Source: Paragordius varius
Taxonomy: Eukaryota; Animalia; Nematomorpha
Assembly: GCA_964247055.1 (NCBI GenBank)
Contig: OZ176056.1
Coordinates: forward strand, 2,666,001 to 2,730,000
Reading direction: 5' to 3'
Length of the DNA: 64,000 bases
In this document: positions 23,699-37,502 of the stretch, in pieces
Layout: each line of letters starts with the position of its first letter
Position numbering within the stretch: position 1 is the stretch's first letter
The notes under the pieces: generated by a model
What the model saw: the letters and a program-made list of their open reading frames with translations, nothing else
Databases searched by the model: none
What the model was told of the DNA's origin: nothing
Translations under genes and position numbers: made by a program

Positions 23699-25360
23699 GG
23701 ATAGTTTGGACACTGTGTTATAACTATGGTTTTGTTGGGATTCGAACTCTCTAGCCTGATTCCCTTTTATAGTTAATTTTTTAATTATTATATTATACTA
23801 GGGCTCAAACCGTACCAGAACCACTCGGCTCCTTAGATTTTTACAGGAAACGTTTTCGTTGGGTATTAACCAGGCCGGTTCCGCCACTTTTTCCAACCTA
23901 ATTCGAAGTCCTGTATTATATTATTTTTTTATAGTAGTATAATCATGATTAACACATGCGGAAAAACCTGCTATAGATTGCAAATTATAAATTTGCAATC
24001 CCTAATATAATTACTACACATGAATTATAAGTTTATATTATGGTCAAAATGCAGGGTACTCTTGCAAAAACCAGAACACTATAAAGACTAATATAAAAAT
24101 GGATCCCTTATCATTTTATTGTTTGTTCGATTGGCCTTTCATATTTTCAATTTTTATTAAAATAATTAATTTGATATATTTTCGAGTAGGTATCTTACGC
24201 TATCATCCTCAAAGCTAACATAGAAAATAAGGAATATTAAATGTTTTAAAAAATTTATTTTTTTTATTAATTTACTGTCATAATTATTATTTTACAATGA
24301 TTGAGCATTTGATGCATTATAATCTTTAACAAAAATTAAAAGGAATTAACATAAAAATAAAACTCAATTTAAACGAAGTCGTGCCATTTTGAAATGGGCT
24401 CTCGTAAGTTATGGATCATTATTTCCCATTGTTCTCGGCTAATGGTGTTACCTATCAAGAATATAAATATATTTATAACTATTTTTAACTCACTAAAAAT
24501 ATTCAGGGTGACTGTTTTATATTTATTAGCGGACAAATATATTCATAACAAATAATATCGATTAATAAAATTGTATTAATGGCATTTATAATGTCAATAT
24601 AAATAAAAACTAAGACATATGTCCTAAACTTAGGACTTTTTCCAAATTTTTAGTTATATCTCTGTATCTCAGCATTTTAACCGAAATATAAACCATCAGT
24701 TTCTTAGAAAAACTACGTTTTATAACCAAATGCCAAAAACGATTCCGGATTCTGTAACAGTTCTCGAAAAAGTTATATTTTATTTTTTTTATTTTAAATT
24801 ACTTCAGAATTTTATTTGTTATTTTAGTTCAATTATTAAAATTATTTTTTTTGATTATTTGTATACATAAATTTGAAAAAACTAGTTTTAAAATGAAACG
24901 TGGTGGATAATGAAATAGGATCCACAATTTTTTAGCTTGGGTGGCGAAGCCAAAGATTTTTGAGAAAATTTAGAAACCGGGACCATTTGGTCCATCAATA
25001 TTTTTTCCATAAAAATGTTTGATTCAGTTCTTATCTCTCTGATAAATTTATAAATTATATATGTTTTGTATCTTTGTAGGAACGCATTTTGGTCATCAAC
25101 ACCAATTATATTGTACATCAAATATTATAAAAACCAATTGTAGTATCCTTAAAAGTCGTAATTTTAGCATAAATATTTAGTCTTAATCAGTGATAAGACC
25201 AGAAAATATAATACTTATATAAGCAAACCATTAACATATTTTACAATGCATCGATGACAAGAGTTAAACCAGTCAAATTAAACACTACCTAGAAAAATAA
25301 AGAAGATTATTTTGGATTTCAATGAAATCCATAACTGATTATATTAAAAAAGGATGAATA

Positions 25361-28300
25361 TTATTTTAAATTAAAAATACCTCGTGGTCCTAATATGACA
25401 GAACCAACAGTAAATTTTCTAAACAATTGGATGGGATTTTCTGGGTCAACGGCTACCAAACACACAAAGATGGTACATCGTTTTTGTTCATCGGCATTTA
25501 ACATGAAAAGCATGTCTGTGGGGCGGCCAGCTACCTTTCTATTATCCTTTTTGCTATTTCTGTGTTTGGTATTATTGGCTTTTATTGATGTTGTTGTTTC
25601 AGATTCCGATTTAGATGGTCGATGCGTACTTTTTTTCCGTTTTTGATTGGACGCAGTAGAGGAAGGCGAAACAGTTTTAGCTGTGTTTTTGACTACGTTT
25701 TCGGAGTCATTATTAACAGTACTATCATCCGATGAACTGGAAGAATACTCTCGAAAATGGAATGAGGGGAGAAATAATTTTTGATCCGAATTTATTTTGT
25801 AGGCTTGTTGAGGGTGTTGCACTTTTTCTTGGCCACTTTGTGATTTGTTTTCTATCATATTGTCATTATTCGTTGGTGTGGATTCATTTACTTTTGGTTT
25901 AGACGATGTAACATTTTTAAAATCGAATTTATCTCTAAGTGTCTCCAGCAATTTCGGATTCGTTGTATCTAAAGATTTATATCCTTTTTGATCGGTTTTA
26001 TCAGTGGTAGTTCTACGCTGATAAGGGGCGATTGTATGTGGTATTATATGATATATCGGCGTCTTTTTCATAGCCATTAATTTTTGATCGATACAAACGG
26101 TGACTTTTATGTACAGACCTAGTTTATAAACGTAATCCGTAATAGAGTAGTTAGTGGACGTTCATAAACCATAAAAAGTATTAAAATGCCTTATAAAAAA
26201 TAAAAAACCACGACAAACACCTTAAATTTTTTAATAGCTAAAGTATTTAAAATATTTAAATTTATGATATATACTGGTAAAATCAGCTGTTTAGCTCAGT
26301 CAGTTGGTATTTCTTTATATTTATGTGGCGTATGATATATTTTTTGGATTCTTAAAGCCATTTCTTTGCAAAAAATTAGGTATCGACTTGTAAAGCAACC
26401 TCAAAATTGAACAAATTCGAAAACTGCTAAAGGCGTCAATTAAAAATAAATGGTAATTTAATTTTTTAATAAAAAGCTATATTGATTTCCTGAACATATG
26501 TACTTAAAAATTAATGGATAAATTTAACAGAATCATAAAAGGATATACAAACGCGCTAATAAGTTGTGTTTATTTGATAACCGCATATGACAAAATAATT
26601 TTATGTTAATTCAAATTTTACTTTAAATTGTCTTTCGAATACCCTATATCTTATAGATAAAAAATGGCTTAAACTGTTTAAAATATAAATTATGAATAAG
26701 CTTATATATATATTTCTATAAATCATATTTGTAAAATATACCCTGTATACTATGAGCGAAAAATGGAAAAACTATGTTTCTAATGCTGTTAAAAGATATC
26801 TGAAGTCTCCCGGATGTAGGTAGGTATCGAAGTGTTATGTCAATTTGACCCGTAGACTAGATATAATATCATTAAAATATATTATTTTTTACTAAGAAAA
26901 ATTTTATTGAAATAATATTAAATTTGGAATAAAATGTACCAAAAACCTTATTGGATGAGCTAAGTTTCTTGCTTAAAACGACATCGAACGTTTTTGTGAA
27001 ATCATGGCAAATTATATCGTTTTCCGTATTGGAGGAATTTTTCGGGGTTGTCCCACCCCTGTCATTTATTGGCCCAAACAAAAGTTGCGAGTTAGGTGGT
27101 ATAGAACCGAGGGCATCTAATAGCTTAAAAACTATTTCGCCATTTTCAGTTAAGCCACCTATTTTAGTCTTTGAAAACATACAAATTTTGCAACGATACG
27201 ATTCAAGTGCTGTTTTGATAGCGTTGCTTAACCAGAGATTACCATCCATACATTCCAAATAGTATTTATATAAGGCAGTATTGGTTGAAGAGTGATTCGC
27301 AAATTGACTTTCAAGACTTTGTAGGTCCTTATTTAATTTTATGAGTTGTTCCTCTGTAATCGGCATTTTCAGCAGGATAGGAATGTTGAAAGTTACATTC
27401 TCCCCGAATTGAGGTTTGGATGTTCGGTGGTGCATTTTAGTCACAAACACATGTGCCTCGTAAACATTATCTAATGAATATTTTTCGGAGGGTGTAACTT
27501 TAGTAGTTGTATGATCATCCGAATTTTTTGGGATTTCTTCAATATGTATGCCATTCCCGTCTTCATTGTAATTTTTGATGCAAATTCCATCCAAAATAGG
27601 CGTATACAATTGTTCTGAAACAAACTTCATAATTTCACGCATAGTTGGATTGATTGGAGGTACTTTGACGCACGGCGGGGAAAATATATTGGATGAACCA
27701 GTGCGTGATAATATTTGCCGTTTAAATTGAGTGAAATTTGGTGTTGGCGCAATTTTCCCATAAACTTTATCCTTTTTCTCTTCAACTATGCTTCCCGAAG
27801 AAGCAGCTTTGTGAATAACAAATCCATTTTCTTGGCCAGGGATGACTGGTTTTAAATTATCTCTAGTTTGAACTGAGTGGGTTGTCAAATTTGTTCCAAT
27901 TTGTCGGCTATCTAAATCTTTGTATGAATTTCGCTTTTGTTTTACCTGCGGATTCTTTAATGTCGTACTGGGTGCTAAAGTGCGCATATCCTCCACGCAA
28001 ATCATTACAGCTGTATTCATGGTGTGTGAGAAAAAGCGATTATTTAAATCCCAAGATCTAAACAGTTTAATTCGAAACGCAATGCTGTATACGGCATTTT
28101 GACTATCTATTATTCCATGAGATATCAAATTAATATTTCCCTTTCCCACTCTTTCTAAATCGATGGGGTTAGGTCGTTGAGTATTTTGGGATAAATCCGA
28201 AATCATATTTATCGCCAAGGATGGTATATCAAAATGAAGCCCATATTGGATTTGACCCCGATAAAAACTACCTCTATTATAATACCCATTTCTGGTTAAT

Positions 28301-30382
28301 AAGGACTTATCCCCACTTTTTCCCATATATTTTCCATCGGTATTGGGATGATCTGTTTTTGCCGAAGATTTAGTCGTCATCCATTGAGGGAGGAAAGTCA
28401 AAAGGTTATGAAACCTTTGGAAAGTTAAACTAGGTGTGGGCCTATTCATATTTAATAGCGTAGTGTCCTAAACAAACAGAAATGATATGATAAAATGTAA
28501 AAAAAAATTTAAATAACTATATTTTGTATTTTATTATAAGAGTTAAAATTGAAATAGGATATACATTTTCTAATATGTCTCCCATGGAACCAGTAGCCTG
28601 ACTGCTGTTATGAGAAGGGTATCGTTTAATTCTAAATATGTGCCACCATTGGTGAGGCTCTTCTATATGCTTCAAATTTTTATATGTATCTATAAGAAAA
28701 ATATTAATGGTTTTATATAAATTAAAATAAATTTAAATTTCTAAAAATGAGTCTAATTTATTTGGTACTCACCAAAAAAATTTAGAGCCGTGTACCATGT
28801 AATACCGTTGAATATTTCATAACTTTGACATATTTGTAAACAATTACACTCAAAATAAGTACATCAAAAAAATTAATGAATGATTGTCATAAAAAAGAAC
28901 TTTTAAAACGACATGCGATCCATGAATCGCGGTATACTTATTTTTATCTACAACGTTGAGATTTAACCCAAGAAGAAAACCTGTCCTGGTTTTTAATATT
29001 TATTTACAAGAGTTATACGTGGTTTTTCATTTAAATATGCATTCAAACTTATTTACTATATATTTCGTCGACTGTTTGAATTAATATTTTATGGTTAAAT
29101 ATTTGCACTGGTAGCAACCAAACCCAATTGTTTGAAAAAAAGCCTCTTTAAATATTGCCGATTTAACAATTACCAACACTCAATGAATTATAAATAGTTT
29201 ATTTATTGGAATGGCAAATTAAAAAATAGTAAAATAATAGTGACTAGTTTTAAATTCTCACAAGGGCATTCATTTTCAAACTGTTTATATGAGTGTGTAC
29301 AAATAACCTGATATACAACTATAAAAATAATTAAAGAAATGTGAAAAAAACTAAGGTTTGCTAAGATGAAACCGATACGTCTCCAAGAGCAGGTTAAATC
29401 GGAAATCTGATAACTTGTCGCTTTTTATAATAAAAGTTAGGCTTATTAAGAAGGCTTTTTTTAATTTTGTAATGTGTTGCATCTTAAATCAAATATAATT
29501 TATGATCATTTCGATTTGGTTTTTTGTTTAAAAGGTGTTTGTAAAAGAATATCAAATTGTTTAAGGAAGTAGATTAATTTGAATTCATAAACATATTTAT
29601 TTTTGCATGGAATCGGAAAGCCTTTGCAGGCAAAAAACAAAATAATTTTTGAGATCCGAAAGGACATCGCCTATTTTTTTGATTGATGGGGATTAAAAAT
29701 ATTTGCTTTTAAACATTTATTGTTTTTCTAGACATTATTCGCTAATTTCAATGGACAATTTTCTGATTACTGTCCCAACATTTTCTATATTTTAGTGATA
29801 CTTTAGAGCACACCGTTTTTGGTTTAATATTTAAAACCAACAAGGGTTTATTCACAATTCTATAAACTTTCCAAACATGCAAGCAATTTCCCTCGTTCCC
29901 CAATAATAAGCCCCCTTCATTACAATGAGATTTTTCAAATAAATAATGTCTATGAACTAAATAGCTCATGCTCATCGACTTTCCAATTCGTAAATACGGA
30001 CCTAATGATTTGATTCCCATAAACTAGTGTGTTGGTATAAAGCTATTATACGGAACCAAGATGATAAAAAAAATCAATCATTTTTTTCACAAATATCTGT
30101 ATATATATTATATAATAAAATTCAATTTTATATATCTTTTAAAAAGAATCACGTTGCGAATAAAGACCCATGTATTTTTTCCCAAAGTAGACGTTTATAA
30201 GAGGGGGGTCAGCAAAATAATAATATAAAATTACTGAAATAATCCAAATTCTGGGCAAATACATCATCCAAAGTGTTTTTTCGCCGTCGCCGTTTCTTTA
30301 GCAAATCGATCGCCAGGTAAATTAGGAATAAAAATATAACCGCCATCAACGTTAAGAGTCCAATCAATACATAAATATTCAT
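25361..30382 (-). CDS. Divergent synaptotagmin-like protein (N-terminal TM + two C2 domains with large insertions); model incomplete
   Basis: Exon 1 (30382..30235) MNIYVLIGLLTLMAVIFLFLIYLAIDLLKKRRRRK is a TM plus basic patch. C2A-like RGQIQYGLHFD, FVTKMHHRTSKPQFGENVTFNIP and CKICMFS...GEIVFKL lie in the 525-aa ORF (donor at 26946). Exon from 26856 gives STGQIDITLRYLPTSGRLQISFNSIRNI (cf. Syt C2B GDICFSLRYVPTAGKL). GLYIKVTVCIDQKLMAMKKT and TIFVCLVAVD...TVGSVILGP lie in and just upstream of the 238-aa ORF. Some middle exons and the final exon are unresolved. Confidence 0.72.
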
Positions 30383-31129
30383 TTTTTAACAAGAGCGTAA
30401 ATTACATATACTATGCCGTTTGTGAGATGACTAGTAAAATTTTGAATTGTGTTTTAGTAGTTTCTACATATTTTAAACAGAAACACTTTCCAGGAATCGC
30501 TCTCCTTATGGATGATAATTTTCCGAGAATTTTGTTTTTAAAAATGAAATTTAATAAACATCACAGGCAAAAACATTTTTTGGATATTGATAAAACATTA
30601 TTGATACAATAATTGGAATGTTATATTACTGAAAAATAGGATATTTTGGATAACAATAATAATTGGAAAGAGTCCATTTTAAATGTGTTAAATTCCAAAT
30701 TTTATAATATATATTACATTTCCCATAAAAATGAAGTGTTACATGATCAAAGGCCAATATAGACAAGATATGAACACCTAAATAAATAAATAATGAAAAA
30801 TATTTCATTTACATTTTTTATAATTAACCAATAAACTAATATATTTATAAAACCTTACCTATATTTCCATATAATAATATAAATAAAAATCTATTTTTAA
30901 ACTATTATTATGGATTTAATCTTAAAATAATATTTATGACAAGGTAATTATTTCATAATCATCTCCAACAGCTGAAAAATAATTTTATTAAAAGACAAAA
31001 ATATAATAATCTATAAGTTTATTTAAACATATTGATTTAAAACCATAGAAAACATTTATTAATTTATTTATTAGGAACTCTGACTGAAAGCGAAAAATTA
31101 CTTTTTGATATACTGGTTGAACAATTAAC

Positions 31130-32789
31130 CAGGGCTTTGAACCGAGTCGAAAAAAGTGAAACATTTAGGGTATTTCCTAGACGGTTGGAATCGGCCTGAA
31201 AAAAAATAGATTCGGAACAGGTTGGCCCTTTAAAACGGTTCCAAACCGGTTCTTTACTGTTTTCATGTTTATGGTTTTTTACCAGAAGTTTTATAAAGTT
31301 AATGCTCTTAATCCATAGATTTGACATACGTAAATAGTTATGCATGTCATCTTCAAGTGTAGGTAAGTATTTGGAAAAAAATTGTTAACATGGTAATTCC
31401 ATTTCAATCGGGTACGAGAAAAAAATGTTATCATACACCAAAGAAAATCGGGGATATATAGAAATAACCGGATGAAATATATATATTTTGATAGAAAAAT
31501 GTATCGAATTATCATGGTGCTTTTGGTTTTGTACCTTACAAGTGATATAAGAAAGTTATTAACACTTTTGTGGTTTAGATACTCCACATTAGAAAATGGC
31601 AAATTCGAACACCTTTAATAAAGATCTTTTGCGAAAAGTAAATGCTTCTTTTAAAATACTATATATCATAAAATACCTATGAAAACCAAAACGATATTTT
31701 TAAAATATTTTAATTTTTAGATGTGGGCTCCTTCGCTTTACTAAAAAGGTCTTTTAAAAAACGCAAAAATTCAAGGACTATTTTATATATATGCTAAATT
31801 TAGATACCAACTAAAAATACTTATTTTTCACAACTTTAATATTAGTAAAATTTTGTTGTTAATAATAGAAGCGGTTTAAAAACGCTTTTAGATATTATAA
31901 AAAGACTATTTCTCTCTAATTTAGATGCGAACATTATCGCTTCAGAATTATGATTATAGGTTTTACTTAAAATTTTGGTGAATTTTTATAAAAAAAGCAA
32001 TATTGACATTAATTTGAATACGAATATTTTAACCTATATTCATAGGTAAATGTTCAGCATTATCAAATATAGAAAAAGTGTTTTTGCATAAACTGTTTTC
32101 TTTTCCATTATGCCTGAAAATAGAATGAAGTACGCTTCAACATTTTGACAAAAATAAATTTTTTTGAAAAGTATGCATTTTTTAAAAATATTTTTTTAAT
32201 ATGTCAAAATTTAGGATATATATAATAATTATCGCGTGATCCAAACAATTTTGCGTTTATTTTAAAAGAACTGGCCCATTAAAGTGCAAACATTTGGGGT
32301 TTTCGGAGCTCACATCTAAAAATTATATTTTAAAAATATTGTTTTGCTTATGGGTTTAAAATATATTTTAGCGTAATTTTTTGGAAAAATTATTTCACAA
32401 AAAATATGCTCAAATTTAGCCATTTTATGGAAAACTTACCTTTAAAGTTTTAATAGCTCTCTTATATCACGCGTAAGGTCCAAAAATAAAAGCATCACTA
32501 TAAACCTCATTTTCCTGTCAGAATACATATATTTTAGCAGGTTACCTTTTTGTGGACGTGATATAATCAATGCCAATAATATTTAAACAACCAGTTTAAA
32601 CTGTGACGGTCATTCGACATAATGATACACCAGAAAATAAATATATAAATAAATTTTTAAAAATAAAATATGAGAACAACTTATTTCGGAGGTGTAACTA
32701 GGCTGGTTCTTAAGCATTTTAAACCGGGATAATTCGCGATGTTTTTCAGAACCGATTCCTGCTAAAATATACGGTTCCGTTTAGCCCTG
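31130..32789. mobile_element. Putative non-autonomous hAT element containing a family-A foldback
   Basis: CAGGGCT ... AGCCCTG ends; degenerate 8 bp flanks CAATTAAC / TAATTAAT; AACCG/CGGTT subterminal motifs at both ends. Confidence 0.5.
31432..32557. repeat. Foldback element, family A
   Basis: ATCATGGTGCTTTTGGTTTTGTACC (~31512) inverted to GGTCCAAAAATAAAAGCATCACTAT (~32477); right end TTTTTGTGGAC as at 20137. Confidence 0.65.
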
Positions 32790-33420
32790 TAATTAATTAT
32801 TATTGGCTTTCTTTTTAATTCACATAATTTTTATTTAGACCGAAACGTAAAATATTTTTACCATATTTATTGCATAAAAGTTTGAGACCAAATAATTTAA
32901 TTAGAATAGTTATAATTGCCATATATAAAGTGAACATCCTTCCCCGTTATTATTCTCCGTATATCATATTCGGGGAAAAAATTAAATCCTATTAATATTC
33001 AGTTATTTTTAAAATAGTATATGATATAATATATTCTTCATACATACTTCTTATTTTTAAAAAATTGTTTTTTTGCTTTTGGCTCATTATAAGGGCCTTA
33101 AAATAATCTCGCTAAGTTTGTGGGAAAGTATACTCAGCTTCAAACCCTTATTAATCAAATACTTAACATGATGATTAGCTTTGAGTCATTGATTGGGAGA
33201 TGTTTGTTAAAAGGCTCTTTGAGGGGTCCATATTAAAAAAGAATGCCGTAAAAAATGGTATTGTTTTAGAACCAAGGCTAATTTTAAAATTAAAATCCAT
33301 ATACAATGTAAATTTAAATTAGAGCTAGGCCTCATAAAATATATTTTATACCGCTCGCTATTTTTAATCAAACTTTATTGAATAATTATATTACCCCATA
33401 TGATATTAACAATTTAAAAT

Positions 33421-34792
33421 ATGGAAGACCCCAAGTCAGCAGTTCATAGATTTGAACCACCAGTTTTTATAAAAATAATCTTTAGCCCTTTTCAGCCTTG
33501 ACCCCAGAAGAAATTAGGACTTTGCGGGAATGTAATCGTTTATCCTTTTATTATCGTGGTATATATTTTTTTGTTTTATCTAAGCACTGCCAATTTCAAC
33601 CTTATCTATGCTTTCTATGGGACTTGCTATCCGAAACGGTATAACGATGATAAATAAAATTTAGGTTATGTGAAAAAATCATATACCATGGCAAAAATTC
33701 TCTCAGTTGGCTTGGCTGGTTTTATTATCGGGAAAGTTTCCTACATTGGAAAATGTAAAGAAATGATTAAACATTTGCCAAATAGCCCGCTTGGCTCTAA
33801 ATTAAGGCAAATCGAATCATCTCCCAACCCTACGCAGCTATATCAGGAGTTTATTAAAGAAATGTATATTTTATGTTTACATTGAAACCTTTTTTTCTGC
33901 GTACATTTTTGTGTAAAATGAATCTCTGTAACTTTTTTGATTAACATTCTTTTATATAATGATAATAAAACGGATTTTAAATTTTTTCTACTCAAAATTA
34001 TTATTGTTAACGTTATAAAACATATAAATATTAAATTTGGTTGCAATGGAATAATATGTTTTTATAAAGCCGTTATTTTAATGTTATTAACAAAATTTTT
34101 TGCAATTTTTTCATTTTTATACCGATTAAGCGTTTATTAAATATTTTAGGTCTCCATTGGCAACCAGTACGGAAAGTTCATCTCAAAATCCGCCTTCTAC
34201 TTTTAGACGGGACGATTATGATTGGCAAACAACCAAGGGATTGGATGACCGTTTTAGACCAACTTTAGATCGTAACATTTTTAAATTTAATTTATTTATT
34301 ACAAAATATTGTCGTTTTTAAATTTAAGTCTTTCGATAAAAAATTTACTTAGCGTTTTTGGGGATAAAAAATCAATTATTTTTTAAGTTTTCAGAACTCT
34401 TCATAAGTTTATCTAATGGTAAGCTGGATTTTTGTAATATAATTGCTAAAAAGATAATTATAAAGAATTCATTTACTATTTTTATGTTTGATAAAGTTTA
34501 CTTATATAGTAAACGAAAATTTTATAGTTATAAAAATAACAATTATTGCTGAATGTGCCTATTTTTAATTAAATTAACACTGCAATAAGGGGAAAGTGGT
34601 TATAAAACATCATCCGGCCTCTTACAAGACGATAATAACCCGCCATCTTTGTTTAAACCGTTTAACCAATCGATGAAAGATGCATTGCCAACGCAAGAGA
34701 GCTCTAATAAAAATGGGACCTTGTCTTATGACGAATTACGTTACCTTAATAGGCGAGGTATGGGTTCAAATATTGAATATTATGGATTATTA

Positions 34793-34841
<49 letters not shown>

Positions 34842-35307
34842 AAATTGGATAATAAATTTTGAATGAAAATAATATTTATAATTTAATCTTTACTTATTTT
34901 AAATTTTTATCGAAATTTATAGGATTTAAATAATTTAAAACAAAAATCTATTTTAACCCTCTTTACACTAAATTGTGTGGATAATATGATTGTAAAATAA
35001 AAGCAATGCAAGGGCATTGTTGAATTCAGAGTTAACTAAAATATAAGGAAAACTTATATTGAAACTTTAAATTTTCAATTGTTTAATTATCGTTTGTTTA
35101 TTTTATCCACCAAATTTACACTAAGATTTTTGTTATTTTTTGGACGAAACTAACACAAAAAACTCGGTTTGAATCCCTAATATCAATATTTTTTTTATTA
35201 TATACATTTTTAATATTTTCATTTTAGGACAACAAGGATTAAATGCGGAATTAGGAGATTTGGGAACTAAACCCAAACCCAATGAAAGATCTCCTTATTC
35301 GTTTTGA
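33421..35307 (+). CDS. OCIAD1: OCIA-domain protein (OCIAD1/asrij-like); join(33421..33462,33486..33558,33585..33638,33665..33863,34150..34271,34590..34757,35228..35307)
   Basis: LTPEEIRTLRECNRLSFYYRALP, GFIIGKVSYIGKC, LPNSPLG, GLDDRFRPTLD and LSYDELRYLNR match the OCIA family; introns of 23, 26 and 26 nt are needed for frame; the last exon is less certain. Confidence 0.9.
34799..34838. repeat. (TA)n microsatellite in an OCIAD intron
   Basis: About 20 TA units read directly. Confidence 0.98.
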
Positions 35308-37502
35308 TTTTCCAGTTGATGCAAAAACAACCAAATTACGACAATTTGTTTTAATTCTCTATTAATACCTGTGTTTTTAGAAATTAGTATTCTTGAAATC
35401 TAAATTTTACATATATACATATCAATCAAAAATACGATCAATGTAAATTAATTTCCATACATCAAAAACAACAAAAGATGTATTTTTTGTAATTAAAACG
35501 AATTTACCTCTCTAATTTAAAATTATAAAAACAATATCAATTTTATTTTAACGTTTTATTTTCATACCTTTAGTTTTATAATTGGCTGGTTTTTATTTAC
35601 AATGCCGATTTAAATACCATCACTAATACTATTTTGCAAACAAAATTAAACATTTCAAATTAAAAGAGTTTTTTACTTTTAGGCTCAAAACTGGCAAAAA
35701 TATTTAATGTTTTTTTTGGATAAATCCTTGATTATTATCAAACAATGGACACCCATATGAGCCCCGGCCCCTCATTAGCTCTTTAAAATAAAAAGCATCT
35801 TAAAATTCTCGGCTCATTTTGATTAGATTGCCTCCGAAATCGGTAACATAAAATTATCCTGATAAAATATATTTATATTAAACCGAACATTTATTAGGAA
35901 TGTCATGGTGCTTTTGGTTTTGGCCCATACGGGTCATATAAAAAAGTTATTATAACTTTTGTGGTAACTGCTCTATACCAGAAAATGGTAAAATTTATGC
36001 ATATTTCGTTAAACAATTTTTTTTGCTTCATTCCTAAAATATTACCAAAATCTACACCTAACTACATAAAATAAAAATATTTAACAAATTTTCCTTATTC
36101 CTCAAATGTGGGCTTAAAAAGTCCTAATTTTTTGTTCATAAATGGGGTAGAATGCCTAGATGGCGCGATAAAAATATTTAAATATATGTTAATTTAATAA
36201 TTTTTTAAATAATCCATACCTTTTAGAATTATTTAATTTTTAACAACATTTTGTTGAAGCGTAGTTCACACCATTTTCACGCATGATGGAGACGATAAAA
36301 AAATGCTTGTAGATTTTATTAAAACTGTTTTTCTATATTTTTCAATGGTGCTGAACGTTTCTATGACCTCAGGACTTCGATTATATGTTTGCCTTTAAAT
36401 AGAAAAAAGTGTTATATAAAAATTATAACAAATGGGTAATTGCGTTAATATTTCTTTTGTGGGCATGGTTCAACGAAAAAATAAGGAGCTATTTTCAGAT
36501 CTTGTTTATTTATCTTGAGAATAATCATTGTCATTTTTCTACTTTCTTATCGTTTGTCACGACAAAAGATCTCCAAAATTTATTTGTTAAAATTGCTAAA
36601 ACTTTTAACAAATTTCTAAGAATAAATTTTAAACAATCAAAACATAAACCAGGCTCATTAATAAAAATTTAAAAAACTTGTTAAAAATTTCTGCAGGTAA
36701 AATGAAAGAATGCGTAGTAGGCAACACTTAAAGAAAACTAGGTAATGTTTATTAAATTTGTTAAATAAAATAAAAATTTTGCACAGTAGAGCTAAAAATT
36801 TATTAATTTTTTAAGACTTTTTGAAAATATTTTGGGGCGCACGTCACCGACCCCTGATGTGAATAATAAAATGGAAAAATATCATACATGGCAACTGACA
36901 TGTAATTTGAATACCCTTACATTAAAAATTATAGATATGGACTATGCGCTGTTTATAGTAATATGCCTAAAAGTGAAAAATTATTTTTTAATTGGCTTAG
37001 GTATCATCTAAATATTTTACAAAATAATATCGTTTAAGGTAAACAACTTTAATAAATAAACACATTAATTTTGTTGTTTATATTTTGTACTAACTGACTT
37101 TTGCCCAATATAAAAAAGAATAGCATTTATACTTAATTTGGAAATGGTAAACAATTTTATTAAAATCTACAATAATTATACTGATAATTTGATTTAATTT
37201 ATAAATGTGTTTGGCTTAGTTCTTAGAATTCTAATGTTTGATATTTACGATTTCGTTAATAAAAATATTTATAAAGCCCAACCTTTGTATTAATAATATA
37301 CTTTTAGCTCGTTTGAAATTATAAGATACACAATTTTGAGAAATTATACGTGCGTATGTTTACATGTGTAAAAATACGATTCATCTAAATGAATTAAAAC
37401 TCTTTATATGATATTTCTTGGAAACGAAAAAAAAATTTAGCTTAAAAGCACGACGTTTGAAATAATATATTCACTTTATATTTTTTTTATTTTCGCCCCT
37501 AT

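Noticed and set aside
25361-28449. The two long minus-strand ORFs as viral or transposon genes
   Set aside because: C2-domain motifs, a linking spliced C2B exon and an upstream TM exon show they are exons of a host synaptotagmin-like gene.
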